Origin: a virus
Lineage: Duplodnaviria > Caudoviricetes
Length of the DNA: 64,000 nt
IMG/VR virus record: IMGVR_UViG_3300010346_002920
Location: 3,886 to 67,885 of that record
Reading direction: 5' to 3' (one strand)
The position numbers were made by a program, and so were the translations under genes. Below, piece after piece: positions 51,516 through 60,742 of this stretch. Within the stretch, counting starts at the first letter, position 1, and the number at the start of each line of letters is the position of its first letter. The notes beneath the pieces are model-generated. The model was given only the letters and a program-made list of their open reading frames with translations, ran no database searches and had not been told where the DNA came from.

Positions 51516-53452
51516 TGGGATACCGCGGATACGGTGGTGGCGGCGGTCTGCCGGGTGAGGACGGGCGGACGGTGCTGAATGGCACCGGGGCTCCTTCGCC
51601 CGAGACCGGCGCTGAGGGTGACTTCTACATCGACACGGCCGCCGAGGCGATCTACGGACCCAAGACGTCGGGTGCCTGGGGCTCGCCCACTTCGCTGGTG
51701 GGCCCGGCCGGTGCCGACGGCCAGGATGGTCAGAACGGTGCTCCTGGCGCCCCCGGGGCCGACGGGGCGGATGGCCAGGACGGCGCCCCAGGCGCTCCCG
51801 GCGCGGCAGGCGCTGACGGGAAGACCGTCCGCAGCGGGTCCGGTGCCCCCGCCGGCGGGCTTGGCGTCGATGGCGATTTTTACATCGACACCACGGCTCA
51901 TGCCGTTTACGGCCCCAAGGCCGGTGGCGCGTGGGGTTCGCCCGTATCTCTGATCGGCCCCGAAGGACCGCAGGGCCCCGCAGGGGCCGATGGGCAGGAT
52001 GGGGCAGACGGTGCCCCGGGCGCGCCGGGGGCCAACGGGGCGGATGGGGCGGATGGGAAAACCGTCCGCAACGGGTCCGGCGCCCCGGCGGGCGGCCTGG
52101 GCGTTGACGGCGACTTCTACATCGACACCGCCGCCAGCGCGATCTACGGGCCCAAGACCTCCGGTGCGTGGGGCTCCCCCACGCCGCTGGTCGGCCCCCA
52201 GGGCCAGCAGGGCCCAGCCGGTGCGGATGGGCAGGATGGGGCGGATGGTGCCCCGGGCGCGCCCGGGGCGGACGGCGACGATGGCGTCGGCGTGCCCGCG
52301 GGCGGGGCCGAGGGCCAGGTCCTGGCCAAGAAGACCGCCACGGACTACGACACCGAGTGGGTGGACCAGACCGGCGGAACCGGCGGGCTGTGCCACGAGG
52401 GCGACGGCTCATACTCCATCATCTGCGGCCAGACCGCCCAGACGCTCGACACTGACGGCGACTACTCCGTCATCGGCGGCGGGCAGTCCAACCAGTTCAC
52501 GCTGCTGGCCGACTACTCGGTCATCGGGGGCGGGTCCAGCCAGTATGGTTCTGCGGCGTATGCAACCATCGGCGGCGGCTTCCTGAACCAGGCCAAGGCC
52601 GCGTACTGCGCGATCGGCGGGGGCAGCGAGAACATCGTCGCCTCCGGAAGCTATGCCACAATCGCCGGCGGGTATAGCGGGTATGTCTGGGGCGAAGGGT
52701 CCGCCATCGGCGGCGGGAAGTCCAACTACATCAGCGGCACGTACGGCGTCATTGCCGGCGGTTATTACAACGTGTCCGATTCCGGATCGAGCTACTGCTC
52801 CATCCTGGGCGGGCAGTACAACTCCATCAGCGGAAGCACGGAGGGGGCGGCCATCCTGGGCGGCATCCGCAACGAGATCGCCTACGGCGCGGCGGGCGGC
52901 CTGGCGGCCGGGCGGTCGGCCATTGCCCGCATCCCCACGCAGATGGCCTTCTCGGGCCTGCGGTCCTCCGACGAGATCACCAACAAGGGCGAGCGGCAGC
53001 GAAGCTGGTATCACTTCAAGACCACCATGCCCAGCGGCTCGGTGTCCTTCCAGCACCTTCTGATCGACGGGTACAACTACTTCAACCCGTTCGTCGAGGG
53101 CCAGGCGATGCACGCCACCCTCCGCGTGATCTCCAAGGACAAGTCCAACGGCAACATCTGCGTCTGGTGGTGGGAACTGGTCCTCGACTTCAACAACGGC
53201 AACCTGGAAGTCGTCCTGGCCCGGACCTTCTCTTACATGGGCGGATCCTCCATCAGCGAGAACAACTACTGGAGCGGGAACATCCTCTCGGAAGATGCGA
53301 GCTTGAGCATGGCCTGGACCAACGCCGGGACGGCCCTCTACCTCCAGATGTATGACATGAACCCCAGCCACGGCGAGATCGAAGTCTACGGCGCGCTGGA
53401 ATCCATTGAGCTCATCGCCCCGGTCGCGGGCGGTTCGTATTCGGGGAGTTGA
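51515..53452 (+). CDS. collagen-like fibre protein with Gly-rich (YSVIGGG-type) repeats
   Basis: Gly-X-Y runs; three GDFYIDT...YGPK...WGSP modules; repeated IGGG motifs. Confidence 0.8.
   Translation: MGYRGYGGGGGLPGEDGRTVLNGTGAPSPETGAEGDFYIDTAAEAIYGPKTSGAWGSPTSLVGPAGADGQDGQNGAPGAPGADGADGQDGAPGAPGAAGADGKTVRSGSGAPAGGLGVDGDFYIDTTAHAVYGPKAGGAWGSPVSLIGPEGPQGPAGADGQDGADGAPGAPGANGADGADGKTVRNGSGAPAGGLGVDGDFYIDTAASAIYGPKTSGAWGSPTPLVGPQGQQGPAGADGQDGADGAPGAPGADGDDGVGVPAGGAEGQVLAKKTATDYDTEWVDQTGGTGGLCHEGDGSYSIICGQTAQTLDTDGDYSVIGGGQSNQFTLLADYSVIGGGSSQYGSAAYATIGGGFLNQAKAAYCAIGGGSENIVASGSYATIAGGYSGYVWGEGSAIGGGKSNYISGTYGVIAGGYYNVSDSGSSYCSILGGQYNSISGSTEGAAILGGIRNEIAYGAAGGLAAGRSAIARIPTQMAFSGLRSSDEITNKGERQRSWYHFKTTMPSGSVSFQHLLIDGYNYFNPFVEGQAMHATLRVISKDKSNGNICVWWWELVLDFNNGNLEVVLARTFSYMGGSSISENNYWSGNILSEDASLSMAWTNAGTALYLQMYDMNPSHGEIEVYGALESIELIAPVAGGSYSGS
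51563..52290 (+). repeat. three ~240-255 bp coding repeats in the fibre gene
   Basis: Units start near 51563, 51818 and 52055. Confidence 0.85.
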
Positions 53453-53459
53453 GAAAAGC

Positions 53460-54371
53460 ATGATCCGACAGGCTGACCAGTTCGTCGCGAGCCTTCCGCC
53501 GTACCCCACCGGGCGGTACAGCGGCCGGGGCATCGTCGTCTGCGGCGGCGGGCCGTACTTCGTCGGCGGCTATGCCAACGTCCGCCTGATCCGCCACCTC
53601 GGCTGCGACTGGCCCATCGAATGGTTCTATCTGCCCGGCGAGATGGACGCTGAGCAGCGGGACATCCTGGCCCCCTGGGGCGTGCGGTGCGTCGAGCGGC
53701 CCTGGCCGCCCCAGCGGACCTACAAGAAGCACCTGGGCGGCTGGCAACTCAAGAGTTGGGCCGTCCTGCATTCGTCCTTCGAGGAAGTCCTGCTGGTGGA
53801 CAGCGACAGCTACCTGGAGCGAGAGCCCTCGTACCTGTTCGACGGGCCCGAGTGGCGCGACCATGCCGCAATCTTCTGGCCCGACCGCTTCGACCTCCGC
53901 GCCGACGCCGGCTGCTGGATGCCGCCGGGAGCGCCGGGCGCGTGGGAGGCCTTCGGCGTGGACCCCGCCGGCGACCCGCGGCAGATGGAGTCGGGACAGC
54001 TTATGGTGAACAAGGCCCGCTCCTGGCAGGCGGTCAACCTGTGCGCCTGGTACAACGACCACTGGCAGCACTATTACAACTTCGTCTACGGGGACAAGGA
54101 CACCTTCCGCATGGCATGGGCCCGGACGGGCACTCCGTTCTTCCTCGTCCCCGGCTACTGCGGGCTGGACCCGGGCGTGTACGTCCAGCGGTGGACGGAC
54201 GGCTCGGTGGCCTTCCGCCACCTGATCGGCGGGAAGTGGAATATCTCTGGCCGCCCCCTGATCGGCCGCCACTTCACCCATCGGCAGATCTGCTCTCGCT
54301 TCATGGCCGACCTCCGGGCGGTCTGGTCCGGCGGCGAGGGTGTCAGCGGATACGACTGGAGGAACGCATGA
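53460..54371 (+). CDS. GT71/Mannosyl_trans3-like glycosyltransferase
   Basis: GRGIVVCGG, GWQLK...SSFEEVLLVDSD, IFWPD, ESGQLMVNK, YGDKDTF. Confidence 0.8.
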   Translation: MIRQADQFVASLPPYPTGRYSGRGIVVCGGGPYFVGGYANVRLIRHLGCDWPIEWFYLPGEMDAEQRDILAPWGVRCVERPWPPQRTYKKHLGGWQLKSWAVLHSSFEEVLLVDSDSYLEREPSYLFDGPEWRDHAAIFWPDRFDLRADAGCWMPPGAPGAWEAFGVDPAGDPRQMESGQLMVNKARSWQAVNLCAWYNDHWQHYYNFVYGDKDTFRMAWARTGTPFFLVPGYCGLDPGVYVQRWTDGSVAFRHLIGGKWNISGRPLIGRHFTHRQICSRFMADLRAVWSGGEGVSGYDWRNA

Positions 54372-55051
54372 GCCTGCGCGACAGAATGATCCTCCGAGGC
54401 GGCCCCGACCGGCACATCGCCTGGGAGGTCTGGGATCGGGACGACGATGGGCTGGTGGAACTGCACCGCCAGGGCGTCCAGGTGATGCGGATGCTCGACG
54501 TGGGCGCGCATATCGGGGCGGCGTCCCTGCTGGCGGTCGATCTGTGGACTGATGTCCAGGTCGCCGCCTTCGAGCCCGACGCTGAGAGTTTCTCCACGCT
54601 GGTCCAGAACGCCGCCCTGTGCGGGGGTGCGGTCCGCGCCTTCCCGTACGGCGTCGCCGCCACGACTGGCCGGCGGGAGTTCCTGGCGGCGGTCAACTCC
54701 ATCTGGGGGGCCTCCGGCTGCAACCGGTTGTACGAGGGTGGGCCCATCCCGACCAACTTCCGCAAGGTCGCCGTCGAGTGCGTCACACTGGCTGGTGCCC
54801 TGGATCTGGCCGGCTGGGACTCCTGCGACCTGCTCAAGATGGATTGCGAGGGCGCGGAGCTTGAAATTCTCGACGGCGCGGTCCGCGATGGGTCCATCGA
54901 CCGCGTTGGCCGGATCGCCGGGGAGTGGCACGGCCTCCAGGCCGGGGCCAGGATCACCGACCTGCTCTCGCCGCTGTTCGACGTGACGTACACCTTCAAC
55001 ACGGATCATCCCAACACGCTCGGCCTGTTCCGGGCGTCCAGGAGAACCTGA
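54368..55051 (+). CDS. FkbM family methyltransferase
   Basis: LDVGAHIG, AFEPD, LLKMDCEGAE, GEWH. Confidence 0.88.
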   Translation: MSLRDRMILRGGPDRHIAWEVWDRDDDGLVELHRQGVQVMRMLDVGAHIGAASLLAVDLWTDVQVAAFEPDAESFSTLVQNAALCGGAVRAFPYGVAATTGRREFLAAVNSIWGASGCNRLYEGGPIPTNFRKVAVECVTLAGALDLAGWDSCDLLKMDCEGAELEILDGAVRDGSIDRVGRIAGEWHGLQAGARITDLLSPLFDVTYTFNTDHPNTLGLFRASRRT

Positions 55052-55052
55052 C

Positions 55053-55682
55053 ATGCTGAATCTCGCGACAGGCGCCATGCTCCCGCTGCTGGTGAAGTTC
55101 AAGCCGACGGCGACCGGGCAATTCGAGACGGTACTTCCGGTCACGGCCGGGGCCGAGACGTTCAACCTCACCATCAAGGGCAGGGGCGTGGCCGCCCTGG
55201 GGGCCGGGGAGTCGTGGAACCCGCCCGACGGCAGCGATGTGGCGACGGTTCGCTTGGCCGCCGACCCCAAGTACAAGGCGTTCGTCTTCAACTTCGGCCA
55301 GGTGCCCGTCGACCAGATCGCCAAGGCGTCCATCGCCGTGGCCAACCGCACCGGCGAGATGATCAGCCTCGACGCCGGTGGGCTCGCCGCCCCGTTTGTC
55401 AGCAAGCTTCAGGCGGCCAGCGCGCCGGCCCCCAGGCCGGCGTTCGCCAAGGCCCTCCAGCCCCGGACGGCCCCCCAGCCGACCATCAAGCAGATTGTTC
55501 CCCAGGTCGCCCAGGCGGCCAACGAGGCCGTCGCCGTCATCCGGTCTGCGAAGGCGAACCTCCAGCGGGCCCTGTCGGCGGCACCCCGCTCGGAGATCGA
55601 CGCGGAACTCGGGGTCGAGGACGCCGCCAAGCTGATGGCCATCCAGGATGCGATGAATGCCTTCCTTACGGCAGTGGAGTAG
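55053..55682 (+). CDS. Ig-like (ASH/choice-of-anchor-D-like) domain protein
   Basis: VKFKPTATG...LTIKGRG and FNFGQVPV...IAVANRTG. Confidence 0.55.
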   Translation: MLNLATGAMLPLLVKFKPTATGQFETVLPVTAGAETFNLTIKGRGVAALGAGESWNPPDGSDVATVRLAADPKYKAFVFNFGQVPVDQIAKASIAVANRTGEMISLDAGGLAAPFVSKLQAASAPAPRPAFAKALQPRTAPQPTIKQIVPQVAQAANEAVAVIRSAKANLQRALSAAPRSEIDAELGVEDAAKLMAIQDAMNAFLTAVE

Positions 55683-55685
55683 ACC

Positions 55686-56123
55686 GTGATCGGCGTGAGC
55701 TTCGACAAGATGAAGGCCATGTTCTTCGACCGCAAGGCGGTCAAGAACGCCGTCGACCGTGCGACGCGGAAGGTCTTGTCGAAATTCGGTGCCTTCGTTC
55801 GCACCACGGCCAGGCACTCGATCCGCAAGCGTAAGGCGATCAGCCAGCCGGGCAACCCGCCCAGCAGCCACGTCGGGCTGCTCAAGCGGCTGATCTTCTT
55901 TGGATACGACACCTCGCGGCGGTCGGTGGTCATCGGCCCAACGCCCCTGCGGGGCGAGGCCGAGGCGCCGCCGCTGCTGGAATACGGCGGCCGGGCCCGG
56001 CGGAAGGACCGCAAGGGCAAGCCCGTCATGGCGACCTACAAAAGTCGCCCCTTCATGGGGCCCGCACTCGAGAAGGAAAGGCCAAAGCTTCCGGCTCTCT
56101 GGGCTGGCAGCGTCAAGGCATAG
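55686..56123 (+). CDS. virion morphogenesis protein (HK97 gp10/Mu gpG-like)
   Basis: LEYGG...RPFMGPAL. Confidence 0.7.
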   Translation: MIGVSFDKMKAMFFDRKAVKNAVDRATRKVLSKFGAFVRTTARHSIRKRKAISQPGNPPSSHVGLLKRLIFFGYDTSRRSVVIGPTPLRGEAEAPPLLEYGGRARRKDRKGKPVMATYKSRPFMGPALEKERPKLPALWAGSVKA

Positions 56124-56133
56124 GAGAACGAAC

Positions 56134-56574
56134 ATGAGCATCAAGTTGGGCATGGAAGCCAAGCTGTACTACTGTGCGACCGGGATCGGCGGGACGCCGA
56201 CCTGGACCGAGCTGACCAACGTCAAGAATGTCACCCTCGGCCTACAGAAGGGCGAGGCGGACGTCACCACCCGGGCCAACAACGGCTGGAAGGCATCGGT
56301 GGGAACCCTCAAGGAGGGGAACATCGAGTTCGAGATGGTCTGGGACACGGAGGACGACGGATTTGCCGCCGTGAAAGACGCCTACATGGACGGCACGGCC
56401 ATCGGCCTGGCTGTCATGGACGGAGACATCACCACCGCCGGCAGCCAGGGTCTCTGGGCCGACTGCTCCATCATCGACTTCTCGCGCGAGGAGCCCCTGG
56501 AAGAGGCGCTGTCGGTCAAGGTGACCGCCAAGCCGACTTATTCGACCAACGCGCCCCAGTGGAAGACGATCTGA
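56134..56574 (+). CDS. major tail tube protein
   Basis: WTELTNVKNVTL...GTLKEGNIEFEMVWD...FSREEPLEEALSVKVTAKP. Confidence 0.8.
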   Translation: MSIKLGMEAKLYYCATGIGGTPTWTELTNVKNVTLGLQKGEADVTTRANNGWKASVGTLKEGNIEFEMVWDTEDDGFAAVKDAYMDGTAIGLAVMDGDITTAGSQGLWADCSIIDFSREEPLEEALSVKVTAKPTYSTNAPQWKTI

Positions 56575-56642
56575 CCTGCCCGGAGGCGGGTCTTCCGCAC
56601 ATAGACATTCGGCCCCTTTGAAAAGGGCCCAAGGAGAACGCC

Positions 56643-57137
56643 ATGAGCGTCAAACTCGAGTACACCACCAACCTGACGGCGACCGAGGTCCTGGAGACCA
56701 ACACGGTCTCCTCGGCCGCCGCCTCGCGGACCGTCAAGCACACGCTGCTCAACAAGGCCGTCACCCTGGATGGCACGACCACGCCGCCCGTGACCAAGGT
56801 CGCCGCCTTCGAGCAGGCGCTCACCGCGGGGGCGGCCACCATCGACCTGACCGCCCTGGTCGGCACCAACGGCGCCGTCGTCAACGGCACCGGTCTGAAG
56901 GTCCAGGCCATCAAGATCACCGCCAAGGCGACCAACGCCAACGCGATCACCATCACCAAGGGCGCCTCCAACGGCTACGCGTTGGCGGGGGCGGGCTTCT
57001 CGGTGGCGCTGGCGGCCGGGCAGGAGTTCGTCTTCTACGGCAACAGCGCGACTCCGGCAATCGCCTCCGACGCCAAGACCCTGGACTTGGCCGGCACGCT
57101 CACGCAGGCGGTCCAGGTCGTCATCGTGATGGGATAA
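56643..57137 (+). CDS. hypothetical virion protein
   Basis: Thr/Ala-rich ORF with AAGGAG RBS. Confidence 0.6.
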   Translation: MSVKLEYTTNLTATEVLETNTVSSAAASRTVKHTLLNKAVTLDGTTTPPVTKVAAFEQALTAGAATIDLTALVGTNGAVVNGTGLKVQAIKITAKATNANAITITKGASNGYALAGAGFSVALAAGQEFVFYGNSATPAIASDAKTLDLAGTLTQAVQVVIVMG

Positions 57138-57165
57138 CCCGGCCGGCGCCGTGACAGGAGAGAAC

Positions 57166-57603
57166 ATGAAGACCTTCGTGGACAACGCGGGCAGGACCTG
57201 GACCGTCTCGATCACCGTGGACTCGATCAAGCGGGTCAAGGGGCTGCTGGCCCTGAACCTGCTGGACACCGTCGGCGGGGATCTGCTGGAGAAGCTCGTG
57301 GGCGACCCCGTCTTGCTGTGCGACGTGGTGTACGCCCTGTGCAAGCCGCAGGCCGAGCAGGCGGGCGTCAGTGACGAGGATTTCGGCCGCGCCATGGCCG
57401 GCGACGCCATCGAGCGGGCGACCACCGCGCTGCTGGAGGACCTGGTGGATTTTTTCCCCGGCCAGCGGCGGGCGCTGCTGGCCAAGGCCCTGGACAAGCT
57501 GCGGGCGATGGAGAACGTCGCCTTCGAGGTCGCCAGCGCCAAGCTGGACGACCCGGCACTGGAGGCCCAGGTCCGGGCGGCGGTGAGCGAATCGAGCGGC
57601 TGA
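57166..57603 (+). CDS. tail assembly chaperone
   Basis: Lies between tail tube and tape measure; contains T TTT TTC at 57450-57456. Confidence 0.7.
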   Translation: MKTFVDNAGRTWTVSITVDSIKRVKGLLALNLLDTVGGDLLEKLVGDPVLLCDVVYALCKPQAEQAGVSDEDFGRAMAGDAIERATTALLEDLVDFFPGQRRALLAKALDKLRAMENVAFEVASAKLDDPALEAQVRAAVSESSG

Positions 57604-57893
57604 TCTGGGAACTGGCCGGGGTCGCCGGCGTGGACCCCAGCCCCCTGACGCTGCGGGAGCTGGTGCTCATGGCGCAGGCCTGCCAGCGGGCGGCCTGGGA
57701 GCGGACAAGCTGGGTGCTGGCGCTGATCGCCAACGTCAACCGCGACCCGAAGCGCCAGCCGCGTCCGTTCCGGCCGGCGGACTTCGACCCGTACGCGAGC
57801 GAACGCAGTGAGAAGCCCATTCCCGCGGGGAAGCGGGCCTTCGAGTTGATGAAACAGGTTTTTGTGGACAGTCAGGTAAGGAGACCGACATGA
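57600..57893 (+). CDS. second chaperone ORF (-1 frame, gpT-like)
   Basis: LIWELAGVAGVDPSPLTLRELVLMA...WERTS...IANVNRDPK overlaps the chaperone stop. Exact start uncertain. Confidence 0.65.
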   Translation: MIWELAGVAGVDPSPLTLRELVLMAQACQRAAWERTSWVLALIANVNRDPKRQPRPFRPADFDPYASERSEKPIPAGKRAFELMKQVFVDSQVRRPT

Positions 57894-58618
57894 AGACGAG
57901 ATGGATCGTGATGATGGCGTTGCTGTCGGCGCTGTTCTGCGTCAGTCTGGCCATGGTCATCGGATGCCAGACGGCTTCCGTCCACGAGGCGTATCGGACG
58001 GCCGTTCCCTCTCAGACGCCCCCGCCCGCGGGCAAGGGCACCCCGTCGCCGGCCCCAGCCGAGCGTGAGGTTACGCGGACCGTCTCGGCCACGCGGGTCA
58101 TGACCTGGGCGGGCAGTAGCCCCGGGGAGACCATCAGCCGGGTCAAGCCCATGAACGTGACGGATTCCGGGGCCGCCTTCGGGGGCATGGACCCGCTGGA
58201 GGCCGCCGCGCGAACCCCCGTCTTCTTGTTCTGGGCCGGGCTGGCGGTCGCGGCGGCCGGCGCGGTGGTGCTGATCTTCATCCCCGGCATGAAGACGACC
58301 GGGCTCATCGTCGCCGGGGCCGGCGCGGCGATGGTCGTCGCGTCCATCGCCTTCGAGTCCTACCCATGGCTGGCGCTGGTGCTGGCGGCCGTGGTCGTGC
58401 TGGCTGGACTGGCCTGGTTCATCTGGGGCACGGCGGCGGGCGCGAAGCTCAAGGCCGCGTTCCAGGCGGTGGTCGCCGGCGTCGAGCAGACCAAGACGAC
58501 CGACCCCGCGGCGGCCAAGGCGGTGACGGCCAATATCGGGGCGGCTGCCGCCGGGGCGGGCATGGCCGCGACCACCCGGAGCCTGGTCAACGAGGTCAAG
58601 CCGCTGGTGAAGGAATAG
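57890..58618 (+). CDS. putative lipoprotein with additional TM helices
   Basis: Signal ending MVIGC; three hydrophobic segments in the C-half. Confidence 0.65.
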   Translation: MKTRWIVMMALLSALFCVSLAMVIGCQTASVHEAYRTAVPSQTPPPAGKGTPSPAPAEREVTRTVSATRVMTWAGSSPGETISRVKPMNVTDSGAAFGGMDPLEAAARTPVFLFWAGLAVAAAGAVVLIFIPGMKTTGLIVAGAGAAMVVASIAFESYPWLALVLAAVVVLAGLAWFIWGTAAGAKLKAAFQAVVAGVEQTKTTDPAAAKAVTANIGAAAAGAGMAATTRSLVNEVKPLVKE

Positions 58619-58636
58619 CCGGGAGCCGTCGGCCAG

Positions 58637-58709
58637 AAAAAAGAGCGGACCGACACTGCCTGGCGGCAGATCGGTCCGCTGCTGCCCGGCGGGGGGGGAC
58701 CGGGCAGAT
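58637..58709 (-). ncRNA. candidate antisense small RNA with its own promoter and terminator
   Basis: Minus-strand TTGACG (58744-58739), 17 nt, TATCGT (58721-58716); hairpin with C-rich loop; 10-bp+ hairpin followed by CTTTTTT. Confidence 0.6.
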
Positions 58710-58771
58710 GATGTGACGATAGCCCGTCGGCGGCACGGCGTCAACAGGAATTCCGACCCCGGGAAACAAAC

Positions 58772-60739
58772 ATGGCACAGACCGGTGCAATTCGAGCGGG
58801 CAAGGCATTTGTCGAGGTCTTTGCCGACGACAGCAAGCTCGTCCGCGGCCTGAAATCCGCGCAGACCAAGCTGAAGGCCTTCGGCAAGGGCGTGCGGAAC
58901 ATGGGGCTGGCGATTGGCGCGGCTGGCACCGCCATCGCCGCCCCCATGCTCGCCGCGGCCAAATCGTTCGCCGAGTCGGGCGATAAGATCTGGGATATGT
59001 CCAGGCGGACGGGCATCGCCGTCGAGGACCTGTCCCTGCTGGGCTACGCCGCGGACCAGACCGGCACGTCGATGGAAGGCGTGGAAAAGGGCGTGCGGAT
59101 CATGCAAAGGTCCATCTCCGGGGCCGCCGATGCCGTCGAGGGCACCACCGGCAAGCTGGAGGACCTGGGGCTGGTCGCCGCGGACCTGGCCGGCAAGACG
59201 CCCATCCAGCAGTTCACCTTGATCGCCTCCAGACTGCGCCTCATCTCCGACCCGACCATGCGGGCGGCGGCGGCCATGAAGGTGTTCGGCCGAAGCGGCG
59301 TGGAGCTGCTTCCGATGATCGACAACCTGGAATCGCTGGGCAAGGAGGCCCGCGAGTTCGGTTTGATCCGGACCACCGAGTCCGCCCGGCAGGCCCACGA
59401 GCTGTCGGAGGCGTATGGCCTCATGGGGAAGGTCATTCGCTCCGCCTGGAACGCCGTCGGCTCGACCCTCGCGCCCGCCCTTCAGCAGGTTGTCGCCTGG
59501 GTTACCCGGGCCGTGGCGGGCGCCCGCGACTGGATCACTCAAAACACCGGCCTGATCGTCTCCATCTTCAAGCTGGCCGTCGGCGCTGTTGCCGCCGGGG
59601 CCGTCCTGGCCGCCCTGGGCACCGTCATCATGAAACTCGGGGTTGCGCTCGGCGTGACGGCGACCGTCCTCAAGCTGGTGGGCGCGGTGCTGGCGGCGAT
59701 TCTCTCGCCGGTCGGCCTGGTCATCGCCGCCATCGGCGCCCTCGGCGGGTATCTTGCGTACACCAGCGGCGTGGGCGGCAAGGCCGTCGGTTGGCTAGGC
59801 GAGCGGTTCGGCGAGTTGGCGGACGACGCCCGGACCGCCTTCGGGGCCATCTCATCTGCCCTGGCGGCCGGCGACATCGGCCTGGCGGCCAAGGTGCTCT
59901 GGATGACGCTCAAGATGGAGTGGCAGAAGGGCGTCAACTTCCTGACCGGCATCTGGGTGGGCTTCAAGTCGAAGTTCATGGCCATCTTCGACGCCTTCGT
60001 CTACGGCGGGCAGGCGCTGTGGGTGGAGTTTTCCTCGTTCGTCCAGTCCACCTGGGCGAAGCTGGTCGGCGTGCTCCAGACGGTCTGGGCGAAGTTCACC
60101 GCCTGGCACGCCCGGACGGTCGAGACAACCGCGAACTGGATCGCCAAGAAGTGGGTCTGGGTCGAGGGCAAGATGGGCGGACGGTCGGACCAGGACATCG
60201 CCTTCATGCAGCAGCACATCGACCAGCAGTCGGCCCAGGAGTTTACCCGCATCGACCAGGGGGAGCGGGCCGACCTTGCCGCGGCCGAGGCCAAGAAGCA
60301 GGACGCCCTGCGGGCCATCGAGGAATCGCGGATGAACCGCCTGGCCGACATCGGCCGCTCGGATGCGGAGAACGAGCGCCGGCGAGCGGCGGAATATCAG
60401 AAACAGCTCGGCGACAGCGAGTCCGCCCTGGCGCAGGCGAAGAAGGAATGGCAGGACGCGATCTCCGAGGCCAAGTCGCCCAGGGGCGCTCGCGGGCAGG
60501 CGGCCGGACCGGAGGGCGTGCGCCGGGCGGACGACTATCTCCGCGAGTACCTCGAAAACTTCCAGTCCGAGGGCTTGCAAAAGACCCTGGGCGTGAAGGG
60601 TTCGTTCAACGCATCGGCGCTGCTGGGCCTCCAGGGGGGCGGCCCGGAAGATCGTATCGCCAAGGCGACCGAGCAGACGGCCGCCAATACCAAGAAGCTG
60701 GCCGAAGAGGCTGCCCGCGGCGGCCTGGCGTTCGGGTGA
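58772..60739 (+). CDS. tape measure protein
   Basis: AGKAFVEVFADDSKL N-terminus; Ala/Gly-rich helical repeats; position. Confidence 0.85.
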   Translation: MAQTGAIRAGKAFVEVFADDSKLVRGLKSAQTKLKAFGKGVRNMGLAIGAAGTAIAAPMLAAAKSFAESGDKIWDMSRRTGIAVEDLSLLGYAADQTGTSMEGVEKGVRIMQRSISGAADAVEGTTGKLEDLGLVAADLAGKTPIQQFTLIASRLRLISDPTMRAAAAMKVFGRSGVELLPMIDNLESLGKEAREFGLIRTTESARQAHELSEAYGLMGKVIRSAWNAVGSTLAPALQQVVAWVTRAVAGARDWITQNTGLIVSIFKLAVGAVAAGAVLAALGTVIMKLGVALGVTATVLKLVGAVLAAILSPVGLVIAAIGALGGYLAYTSGVGGKAVGWLGERFGELADDARTAFGAISSALAAGDIGLAAKVLWMTLKMEWQKGVNFLTGIWVGFKSKFMAIFDAFVYGGQALWVEFSSFVQSTWAKLVGVLQTVWAKFTAWHARTVETTANWIAKKWVWVEGKMGGRSDQDIAFMQQHIDQQSAQEFTRIDQGERADLAAAEAKKQDALRAIEESRMNRLADIGRSDAENERRRAAEYQKQLGDSESALAQAKKEWQDAISEAKSPRGARGQAAGPEGVRRADDYLREYLENFQSEGLQKTLGVKGSFNASALLGLQGGGPEDRIAKATEQTAANTKKLAEEAARGGLAFG

Positions 60740-60742
60740 TCC

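Noticed and set aside
51563-52290. Repeats in a fibre gene as a diversity-generating retroelement or invertible shufflon
   Set aside because: No reverse transcriptase, no adenine-specific mismatch pattern and no invertase sites. These are ordinary collagen-module duplications.
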